Positions 1 to 12,000 of a stretch of DNA of 64,000 nucleotides are shown piece by piece (the first letter of the stretch is position 1; every line of letters begins with the position of its first letter). The DNA comes from Heterodontus francisci (Eukaryota): positions 66,706,862 to 66,770,861 of the forward strand of contig NC_090399.1 in assembly GCF_036365525.1 (NCBI RefSeq), in the 5' to 3' direction. Under the pieces are notes generated by a model. The model made no database searches. It was not told where the DNA came from and saw only the letters and a list, made by a program, of their open reading frames with translations. The position numbers and the translations under genes were made by a program.

Positions 1-3000
1 CCTGTCTCTGTGTTTCAGTCTCTCACTCTGTCCAGAGCCCGAGTACTGGGAGAGACAGACACAGATACATGGAGCTGGGTGCAGGGTGGGGATTGTGTTG
101 GATTTATCTCTGTGTCTGGTTCAGTCTCTATTCTAACCCTGTCTCTGTGTTTCAGTCTCTCACTCTGTCCAGACCCCGAGTACTGGGAGAGACAGACACA
201 GATACACAAAGCTGGGTGCAGGGTGGGGATTGTGTTGGATTTATCTCTGTGTCTGGTTCAGTCTCTATTCTAACCCTGTCTCTGTGTTTCAGTCTCTCAC
301 TCTGTCCAGACCCCGAGTACTGGGAGAGACAGACACAGATACACAGAGCTGGGTGCAGGGTGGGGATTATGTTGGATTTATTTCTGTGTCTGGTTCAGTC
401 TCTATTCTAACCCTGTCTCTGTGTTTCAGTCTCTCACTGTGTCTAGACCCCGAGTACTGGGAGAGACAGACACAGATACACAGAGCTGGGTGCAGGGTGG
501 GGATTGTGTTGGATTTATCTCTGTGTCTGGTTCAGTCTCTATTCTCACCCTGTCTCTGTGTTTCAGTCTCTCACTCTGTCCAGAGCCCGAGTACTGGGAG
601 AGAGACACACAGATACACAGAGCTGAGTGCAGGGTGGGGATTGTGTTGCATTTATTTCTGTGTCTGGTTCAGTCTCTAATCTATTCCTGTCTCTGGGTTT
701 CAGTCTCTCACTGTGTCTAGACCCCGAGTACTGGGAGAGACAGACACAGATACACAGAGCTGGGTGCAGGGTGGGGATTGTGTTGCATTTATTTCTGTGT
801 CTGGTTCAGTCTCTATTCTAACCCTGTCTCTGTGTTTCAGACTCTCACTGTGTCCAGACACCGAGTACTGGGAGAGACAGACACAGATACACAGAGCTGG
901 GTGCGGGGTGGGGATTGTGTTGGGATTTATTTGAATGTCTGGTTCAGTCTCTATTCTAACCCTGTCTCTGTGTTTCAGTCTCTCACTCTGTCCAGAACCC
1001 GAGTTCTGGGAGAGACTGACACAGATACATGGAGGTGGGTGCAGGGTGGGGATTGTGTTGGGATTTATTTCTATGTCTGGTTCAGTCTCTATTCTAACCC
1101 TGTCTCTGTGTTTCAGTCTCTCACTGTGTCTAGACCCCGAGTACTGGGAGAGACAGACACAGATACACAGAGCTGGGTGCAGGGTGGGGATTGTGTTGCA
1201 TTTATTTCTGTGTCTGGTTCAGTCTCTATTCTAACCCTGTCTCTGTGTTTCAGTCTCTCACTGTGTCTAGACCCCGAGTACTGGGAGAGACAGACACAGA
1301 TACACAGAGCTGGGTGCAGGGTGAGGATTGTGTTGCATTTATTTCTGTGTCTGGTTCAGTCTCTATTCTAACCCTGTCTCTGTGTTTCAGTCTCTCACTG
1401 TGTCTCGACCCCGAGTACTGGGAGAGACAGACACAGATACACGGAGCGGGGTGCAGGGTGGTGATTGTGTTGGATTTATTTCTGTGTCTGTTTCAGTCTC
1501 TATTCTAACCCTGTCTCTGTGTTTCAGTCTCTCACTCTGTCCAGACCCCGAGTACTGGGAGAGACAGACACAGATACACAGAGCTGGGTGCAGAGTGGGG
1601 ATTGTGTTGGATTTATTTCTATGTCTGGTTCAGTCTCTATTCTCACCCTGTCTCTGTGTTTCAGTCTCTCACTCTGTCCAGAGCCCGAGTACTGGGAGAG
1701 ACAGACACAGATACACGGAGCTGGGTGCAGGGTGGGGATTGTGTTGCATTTATTTCTGTGTCTGGTTCAGTCTCTAATCTATTCCTGTCTCTGGGTTACA
1801 GTCTCTCACTCTGTCCAGACCCCGAGTACTGGGAGAGACAGACACAGATACACAGAGCTGGGTGCAGGGTGGGGATTGTGTTGGATTTATTTCTATGTCT
1901 GGTTCAGTCTCTATTCTAACCCTGTCTCTGTGTTTCAGTCTCTCACTGTGTCTAGACCCCGAGTACTGGGAGAGACAGACACAGATACACAGAGCTGGGT
2001 GCAGGGTGGGGATTGTGTTGGATTTATTTCTCTGTCTGTTTCAGTCTCTATTCTAACCCTGTCTCAGTGTTTCAGTCTCTCACTGTGTCTAGACCCCGAG
2101 TACTGGGAGAGACAGACACAGATACACAGAGCTGGGTGCAGGGTGGGGATTGTGTTGGATTTATTTCTCTGTCTGTTTCAGTCTCTATTCTAACCCTGTC
2201 TCTGTGTTTCATTCTCTCACTGTGTCTAGACCCCGAGTACTGGGAGAGACAGACACAGATACACAGAGCTGGGTGCAGGGTGGGGATTGTGTTGGATTTA
2301 TTTCTATGTCTGGTTCAGTCTCTATTCTAACCCTGTCTCTGTGTTTCAGTCTCTCACTGTGTCTAGACCCCGAGTACTGGGAGAGACAGACACTGATACA
2401 CAGAGCTGGGTGCAGGGTGGGGATTGTGTTGGATTTATTTCTATGTCTGGTTCAGTCTCTATTCTAACCCTGTCTCTGTGTTTCAGTCTCTCACTCTGTC
2501 CAGACCCCGAGTACTGGGAGAGACAGACACAGATACACAGAGCTGGGTGCAGAGTGGGGATTGTGTTGGATTTATTTCTATGTCTGGTTCAGTCTCTATT
2601 CTCACCCTGTCTCTGTGTTTCAGTCTCTCACTCTGTCCAGAGCCCGAGTACTGGGAGAGACAGACACAGATACATGGAGCTGGGTGCAGGGTGGGGATTG
2701 TGTTGGATTTATCTCTGTGTCTGGTTCAGTCTCTATTCTAACCCTGTCTCTGTGTTTCAGTCTCTCACTCTGTCCAGACCCCGAGTACTGGGAGAGACAG
2801 ACACAGATACACAGAGCTGGGTGCAGGGTGGGGATTGTGTTGGATTTATCTCTGTGTCTGGTTCAGTCTCTATTCTAACCCTGTCTCTGTGTTTCAGTCT
2901 CTCACTCTGTCCAGACCCCGAGTACTGGGAGAGACAGACACAGATACACAGAGCTGGGTGCAGGGTGGGGATTGTGTTGGATTTATTTCTGTGTCTGGTT

Positions 3001-6000
3001 CAGTCTCTATTCTAACCCTGTCTCTGTGTTTCAGTCTCTCACTGTGTCTAGACCCCGAGTACTGGGAGAGACAGACACAGATACACAGAGCTGGGTGCAG
3101 GGTGGGGATTGTGTTGGATTTATCTCTGTGTCTGGTTCAGTCTCTATTCTCACCCTGTCTCTGTGTTTCAGTCTCTCACTCTGTCCAGAGCCCGAGTACT
3201 GGGAGAGAGACACACAGATACACAGAGCTGAGTGCAGGGTGGGGATTGTGTTGCATTTATTTCTGTGTCTGGTTCAGTCTGTATTCTAACCCTGTCTCTG
3301 TGTTTCAGTCTCTCACTGTGTCCAGTCCCTGAGTACTGGGAGAGACAGACACTGATACACAGAGCTGGGTGCAGGGTGGGGATTGTGTTGTATTTATTTC
3401 TGTGTCTGGTTCAGTCTCTATTCTAACCCTGTCTCTGTGTTTCAGTCTCTCACTGTGTCTAGACCCCGAGTACTGGGAGAGACAGACACAGATACACAGA
3501 GCTGGGTGCAGGGTGGGGATTGTGTTGGATTTATTTCTATGTCTGGTTCAGTCTCTATTCTCACCCTGTCTCTGTGTTTCAGTCTCTCACTCTGTCCAGA
3601 GCCCGAGTACTGGGAGAGACAGACACAGATACACAGAGCTTTGTGCAGGGTGGGGATTGTGTTGGATTTATTTCTCTGTCTGGTTCAGTCTGTATTCTAA
3701 CCCTGTCTCTGTGTTTCAGTCTCTCACTGTGTCCAGACCCCGAGTACTGGGAGAGACAGACACTGATACACTGAGCTGGGTGCAGGGTGGGGATTGTGTT
3801 GGATTTATTTCTGTGTCTGGTTCAGTCTCTATTCTAACCCTGTCTCTGTGTTTCAGTCTCTCACTGTGTCCAGACCCCGAGTACTGGGAGAGACAGACAC
3901 AGATACACAGAGCTGGGTGCAGGGTGGGGATTCTGTTGGGATTTATTTGAATGTCTGGTTCAGTCTCTATTCTAACCCTGTCTCTGTGTTTCATTCTCTC
4001 ACTGTGTCTTGACCTCGAGTACTGGGAGAGACAGACACTGATACACAGAGCTGGGTGCAGGGTGGGGATTGTGTTGGATTTATTTCTATGCCTGGTTCAG
4101 TCTCTATTCTAACCCTGTCTCTGTGTTTCAGACTCTCACTGTGTCTAGACACCGAGTACTGGGAGAGACAGACACAGATACACAGAGCTGGGTGCAGGGT
4201 GGGGATTGTGTTGGGATTTATTTGAATGTCTGGTTCAGTCTCTATTCTAACCCTGTCTCTGTGTTTCAGTCTCTCACTGTGTCAAGACCCCGAGTACTGG
4301 GAGAGACAGACACAGATACACGGAGCTGGGTGCAGGGTGGGGATTCGGTTGGGATTTATTTGAATGTCTGGTTCAGTCTCTATTCTAACCCTGTCTCTGT
4401 GTTTCAGTCTCTCACTGTGTCTAGACCCCGAGTACTGGGAGAGACAGACACAGATACACAGAGCTGGGTGCAGGGTGGGGATTGTGTTGCATTTATTTCT
4501 GTGTCTGGTTCAGTCTCTATTCTAACCCTGTCTTTGTGTTTCAGTCTCTCACTGTGTCCAGACCCCGAGTACTGGGAGAGACAGACACAGATACCCAGAG
4601 CTGGGTGCAGGGTGGGGATTGTGTTGGATTTATTTCTCTGTCTGCCTCAGTCTCTATTGTAACCCTTTCTTTGTGTTTCAGTCTCTCACTGTGTCTAGAC
4701 CCCGAGTACTGGGAGAGACAGACACAGATACACAGAGCTGGGTGCAGGGTGGGGATTGTGTTGCATTTATTTCTGTGTCTGGTTCAGTCTCTAATCTATT
4801 CCTGTCTCTGGGTTTCAGTCTCTCACTGTGTCTAGACCCCGAGTACTGGGAGAGACAGACACAGATACACAGAGCTGGGTGCAGGGTGGGGATTGTGTTG
4901 CATTTATTTCTGTGTCTGGTTCAGTCTCTAATCTATTCCTGTCTCTGGGTTTCAGTCTCTCACTGTGTCTAGACCCCGAGTACTGGGAGAGACAGACACA
5001 GATACACAGAGCTGGGTGCAGGGTGGGGATTGTGTTGGGATTTATTTGAATGTCTGGTTCAGTCTCTATTCTAACCCTGTCTCTGTGTTTCAGTCTCTCA
5101 CTCTGTCCAGAACCCGAGTACTGGGAGAGACAGACACAGATACACGGAGCGGGGTGCAGGGTGGTGATTGTGTTGGATTTATTTCTGTGTCTGTTTCAGT
5201 CTCTATTCTAACCCTGTCTCTGTGTTTCAGTCTCTCACTCTGTCCAGACCCCGAGTACTGGGAGAGACAGACACAGATACACAGAGCAGGGTGCAGAGTG
5301 GGGATTGTGTTGGATTTATTTCTATGTCTGGTTCAGTCTCTATTCTCACCCTGTCTCTGTGTTTCAGTCTCTCACTCTGTCCAGAGCCCGAGTACTGGGA
5401 GAGACAGACACAGATACACGGAGCTGGGTGCAGGGTGGGGATTGTGTTGCATTTATTTCTGTGTCTGGTTCAGTCTCTAATCTATTCCTGTCTCTGGGTT
5501 TCAGTCTCTCACTCTGTCCAGAGCCCGAGTACTGGGAGAGACAGACACAGATACACAGAGCTGGGTGCAGGGTGGGGATTGTGTCGGATTTATTTCTGTG
5601 TCTGGTTCAGTCTCTATTCTAACCCTGTCTCTGTGTTTCAGTCTCTCACTCTGTCCAGACCCCGAGTACTGGGAGAGACAGACACAGATACACAGAGCTG
5701 GGTGCAGAGTGGGGATTGTGTTGGATTTATTTCTATGTCTGGTTCAGTCTCTATTCTCACCCTGTCTCTGTGTTTCAGTCTCTCACTCTGTCCAGAGCCC
5801 GAGTACTGGGAGAGACAGACACAGATACACGGAGCTGGGTGCAGGGTGGGGATTGTGTTGCATTTATTTCTGTGTCTGGTTCAGTCTCTAATCTATTCCT
5901 GTCTCTGGGTTTCAGTCTCTCACTCTGTCCAGAGCCCGAGTACTGAGAGAGACAGACACAGATACACAGAGCTGGGTGCAGGGTGGGGATTGTGTTGGAT

Positions 6001-9000
6001 TTATTTCTCTGTCTGGTTCAGTCTCTATTCTAACCCTGTCTCTGTGTTTCACTCTCTCACTGTGTCCAGACCCCGAGTACTGGGAGAGACAGACACTGAT
6101 ACACAGAGCTGGGTGCAGGGTGGGGATTGTGTTGGATTTATTTCTATGTCTGGTTCAGTCTCTATTCTCACCCTGTCTCTGTGTTTCAGTCTCTCAATCT
6201 GTCCAGACCCCGAGTACTGGGAGAGACAGACACAGATACACAGAGCTGGGTGCAGGGTGGGGATTGTGTTGGATTTATTTCTGTGTCTGGTTCAGTCTCT
6301 ATTCTAACCCTGTCTCTGTGTTTCACTCTCTCACTGTGTCCAGACCCCGAGTACTGGGAGAGACAGACACAGATACACAGAGCTGGGTGCAGGGTGGGGA
6401 TTGTGTTTGATTTATTTCTCTGTCTGGTTCAGTCTGTATTCTAACCCTGTCTCTGTGTTTCAGTCTCTCACTCTGACCAGAGCCCGAGTATTGGGAGAGA
6501 CAGACACAGATACACAGAGCTGGGTGCAGGGTGGGGATTGTGTTGGATTTATTTCTGTGTCTGGTTCAGTCTCTATTCTAACCCTGTCTCTGTGTTTCAG
6601 TCTCTCACTCTGTCCAGACCCCGAGTACTGGGAGAGACAGACACAGATACACAAAGCTGGGTGCAGGGTGGGGATTGTGTTGGATTTATCTCTGTGTCTG
6701 GTTCAGTCTCTATTCTAACCCTGTCTCTGTGTTTCAGTCTCTCACTCTGTCCAGACCCCGAGTACTGGGAGAGACAGACACAGATACACAGAGCTGAGTG
6801 CAGGGTGGGGATTGTGTTGGATTTATTTCTGTGTCTGGTTCAGTCTCTATTCTAACCCTGTCTCTGTGTTTCAGTCTCTCACTGTGTCTAGACCCCGAGT
6901 ACTGGGAGAGACAGACACAGATACACAGAGCTGGGTGCAGGGTGGGGAATTTGTTGGATTTATCTCTGTGTCTGGTTCAGTCTCTATTCTCACCCTGTCT
7001 CTGTGTTTCAGTCTCTCACTCTGTCCAGAGCCCGAGTACTGGGAGAGAGACACACAGATACACAGAGCTGAGTGCAGGGTGGGGATTGTGTTGCATTTAT
7101 TTCTGTGTCTGGTTCAGTCTGTATTCTAACCCTGTCTCTGTGTTTCAGTCTCTCACTGTGTCCAGTCCCTGAGTACTGGGAGAGACAGACACAGATACAC
7201 AGAGCTGGGTGCAGGGTGGGGATTGTGTTGTATTTATTTCTATGTGTGGTTCAGTCTGTATTCTAACCCTGTCTCTGTGTTTCAGTCTCTCACTGTGTCT
7301 AGACCCCGAGTACTGGGAGAGACAGACACAGATACACAGAGCTGGGTGCAGGGTGGGGATTGTGTTGGATTTATTTCTATGTCTGGTTCAGTCTCTATTC
7401 TAACCCTGTCTCTGTGTTTCACTCTCTCACTGTGTCCAGACCCCGAGTACTGGGAGAGACAGACACAGATACACAGAGCTGGGTGCAGGGTGGGGATTGT
7501 GTTGGATTTATTTCTATGTCTGGTTCAGTCTCTATTCTCACCCTGTCTCTGTGTTTCAGTCTCTCACTCTGTCCAGAGCCCGAGTACTGGGAGAGACAGA
7601 CACTGATACACAGAGCTTTGTGCAGGGTGGGGATTGTGTTGGATTTATTTCTCTGTCTGGTTCAGTCTGTATTCTAACCCTGTCTCTGTGTTTCAGTCTC
7701 TCACTGTGTCTAGACCCCGAGTACTGGGAGAGACAGACACTGATACACAGAGCTGGGTGCAGGGTGGGGATTGTGTTGGATTTATTTCTGTGTCTGGTTC
7801 AGTCTCTATTCTAACCCTGTCTCTGTGTTTCAGTCTCTCACTGTGTCCAGACCCCGAGTACTGGGAGAGACAGACACAGATACACAGAGCTGGGTGCAGG
7901 GTGGGGATTGTGTTGGGATTTATTTGAATGTCTGGTTCAGTCTCTATTCTAACCCTGTCTCTGTGTTTCATTCTCTCACTGTGTCTTGACCCCGAGTACT
8001 GGGAGAGACAGACACTGATACACAGAGCTGGGTGCAGGGTGGGGATTGTGTTGGATTTATTTCTATGCCTGGTTCAGTCTCTATTCTAACCCTGTCTCTG
8101 TGTTTCAGACTCTCACTGTGCCTAGACACCGAGTACTGGGAGAGACAGACACACATACACAGAGCTGGGTGCAGGGTGGGGATTGTGTTGGGATTTATTT
8201 GAATGTCTGGTTCAGTCTCTATTCTAACCCTGTCTCTGTGTTTCAGTCTCTCACTGTGTCAAGACCCCGAGTACTGGGAGAGACAGACACAGATACACGG
8301 AGCTGGGTGCAGGGTGGGGATTCGGTTGGGATTTATTTGAATGTCTGGTTCAGTCTCTATTCTAACCCTGTCTCTGTGTTTCAGTCTCTCACTGTGTCTA
8401 GACCCCGAGTACTGGGAGAGACAGACACAGATACACAGAGCTGGGTGCAGGGTGCAGATTGTGTTGGATTTATTTCTATGTCTGGTTCAGTCTCTATTCT
8501 GACCCTGTCTCTGTGTTTCATTCTCTCACTGTGTCCAGACCCCGAGTACTGGGAGAGACAGACACAGATACACAGAGCTGGGTGCAGGGTGGGGATTGTG
8601 TTGGATTTATTTCTATGTCTGGTTCAGTCTCTATTCTAACCCTGTCTCTGTGTTTCAGTCTCTCACTGTGTCTAGACCCCGAGTACTGGGAGGGACAGAC
8701 ACAGATACACAGAGCTGGGTGCAGGGTGGGGATTGTGTTGGATTTATTTCTATGTCTGGTTCAGTCTCTATTCTAACCCTGTCTCTGTGTTTCAGTCTCT
8801 CACTGTGTCTGGACCCCGAATACTGGGAGAGACAGACACAGATACACAGAGCTGGGTGCAGGGTGGGGATTGTGTTGGATTTATTTCTATGTCTGGTTCA
8901 GTCTCTATTCTAACCCTGTCTCTGTGTTTCAGTCTCTCACTGTGTCTAGACCCCGAGTACTGGGAGAGACAGACACAGATACACAGAGCTGGGTGCAGGG

Positions 9001-12000
9001 TGGGGATTGTGTTGGATTTATTTCTATGTCTGGTTCAGTCTCTATTCTAACCCTGTCTCTGTGTTTCAGTCTCTCACTGTGTCTAGACCCCGAGTACTGG
9101 GAGAGACAGACACTGATACACAGAGCTGGGTGCAGGGTGGGGATTGTGTTGGATTTATTTCTGTGTCTGGTTCAGTCTCTATTCTAACCCTGTCTCTGTG
9201 TTTCAGTCTCTCACTGTGTATGGACCCCGAGTACTGGGAGAGACAGACACAGATACACAGAGCTGGGTGCAGGGTGGGGATTGTGTTGGATTTATTTCTG
9301 TGTCTGGTTCTGTCTCTATTCTAACCCTGTCTCTGTGTTTCAGTCTCTCACTGTGTCTAGACCCCGAGTACTGGGAGAGACAGACACAGATACACAGAGC
9401 TGGGTGCAGGGTGGGGATTCGGTTGGGATTTATTTGAATGTCTGGTTCAGTCTGTATTCTAACCCTGTCTCTGTGTTTCAGTCTCTCACTCTGTCCAGAC
9501 CCCGAGTACTGGGAGAGACAGACACAGATACACAGAGCTGGGTGCAGGGTGGGGATTGTGTTGGGATTTATTTGAATGTCTGGTTCAGTCTCTATTCTAA
9601 CCCTGTCTCTGTGTTTCAGTCTCTCACTGTGTCTAGACCCCGAGTACTGGGAGAGACAGACACAGATACACAGAGCTGGGTGCAGGGTGGGGATTGTGTT
9701 GGATTTATTTCTATGCCTGGTTCAGTCTCTATTCTAACCCTGTCTCTGTGTTTCAGACTCTCACTGTGTCAAGACCCCGAGTACTGGGAGAGACAGACAC
9801 AGATACACAGAGCTGGGTGCAGGGTGGGGATTCGGTTGGGATTTATTTGAATGTCTGGTTCAGTCTCTATTCTAACCCTGTCTCTGTGTTTCAGTCTCTC
9901 ACTGTGTCCAGACCCCGAGTACTGGGAGAGACAGACACAGATACACAGAGCTGGGTGCAGGGTGGGGATTGTGTTGGATTTATTTCTATGTCTGGTTCAG
10001 TCTCTATTCTAACCCTGTCTCTGTGTTTCAGTCTCTCACTGTGTCTAGACCCCGAGTACTGGGAGAGACAGACACAGATACACAGAGCTGGGTGCAGGGT
10101 GGGGATTGTGTTGGATTTATTTCTATGTCTGGTTCAGTCTCTATTCTAACCCTGTCTCTGTGTTTCAGTCTCTCACTCTGTCCAGACCCCGAGTACTGGG
10201 AGAGACAGACACTGATACACAGAGCTGGGTGCAGGGTGGGGATTGTGTTGGATTTATTTCTGTGTCTGGTTCAGTCTCTATTCTAACCCTGTCTCTGTGT
10301 TTCAGTCTCTCACTGTGTCTAGACCCCGAGTACTGGGAGAGACAGACACTGATACACAGAGCTGGGTGCAGGGTGGGGATTGTGTTGGATTTATTTCTGT
10401 GTCTGGTTCAGTCTCTATTCTAACCCTGTCTCTGTGTTTCAGTCTCTCACTGTGTATGGACCCCGAGTACTGGGAGAGACAGACACAGATACACAGAGCT
10501 GGGTGCAGGGTGGGGATTGTGTTGGATTTATTTCTGTGTCTGGTTCTGTCTCTATTCTAACCCTGTCTCTGTGTTTCAGTCTCTCACTGTGTCTAGACCC
10601 CGAGTACTGGGAGAGACAGACACAGATACACAGAGCTGGGTGCAGGGTGGGGATTCGGTTGGGATTTATTTGAATGTCTGTTTCAGTCTGTATTCTAACC
10701 CTGTCTCTGTGTTTCAGTCTCTCACTCTGTCCAGACCCCGAGTACTGGGAGAGACAGACACAGATACACAGAGCTGGGTGCAGGGTGGGGATTGTGTTGG
10801 GATTTATTTGAATGTCTGGTTCAGTCTCTATTCTAACCCTGTCTCTGTGTTTCAGTCTCTCACTGTGTCTAGACCCCGAGTACTGGGAGAGACAGACACA
10901 GATACACAGAGCTGGGTGCAGGGTGGGGATTGTGTTGGATTTATTTCTATGCCTGGTTCAGTCTCTATTCAAACCCTGTCTCTGTGTTTCAGACTCTCAC
11001 TGTGTCAAGACCCCGAGTACTGGGAGAGACAGACACAGATACACAGAGCTGGGTGCAGGGTGGGGATTCGGTTGGGATTTATTTGAATGTCTGGTTCAGT
11101 CTCTATTCTACCCCTGTCTCTGTGTTTCAGACTCTCACTGTGCCTAGACACCGAGTACTGGGAGAGACAGACACTGATACACAGAGCTGGGTGCAGGGTG
11201 GGGATTGTGTTGGATTTATTTCTATGTCTGGTTCAGTCTCTATTCTAACCCTGTCTCTGTGTTTCAGTCTCTCACTCTGTCCAGACCCCGAGTACTGGGA
11301 GAGACAGACACAGATACACAGAGCTGGGTGCAGGGTGGGGATTGTGTTGGATTTATTTCTATGTCTGGTTCAGTCTCTATTCTAACCCTGTCTCTGTGTT
11401 TCAGTCTCTCGCTCTGTCCAGACCCCGAGTACTGGGAGAGACAGACACTGATACACAGAGCTGGGTGCAGGGTGGGGATTGTGTTGGATTTATTTCTGTG
11501 TCTGGTTCAGTCTCTATTCTAACCCTGTCTCTGTGTTTCAGTCTCTCACTGTGTCTAGACCCCGAGTACTGGGAGAGACAGACACTGATACACAGAGCTG
11601 GGTGCAGGGTGGGGATTGTGTTGGATTTATTTCTGTGTCTGGTTCAGTCTCTATTCTAACCCTGTCTCTGTGTTTCAGTCTCTCACTGTGTCTAGACCCC
11701 GAGTACTGGGAGAGACAGACACAGATACACAGAGCTGGGTGCAGGGTGGGGATTGTGTTGGGATTTATTTGAATGTCTGGTTCAGTCTCTATTCTAACCC
11801 TGTCTCTGTGTTTCATTCTCTCACTGTGTCTAGACCCCGAGTACTGGGAGAGACAGACACAGATACACGGAGCTGGGTGCAGGGTGGGGATTGTGTTGGA
11901 TTTATTTCTATGTCTGGTTCAGTCTCTATTCTAACCCTGTCTCTGTGTTTCATTCTCTCACTGTGTCTAGACCCCGAGTACTGGGAGAGACAGACACAGA

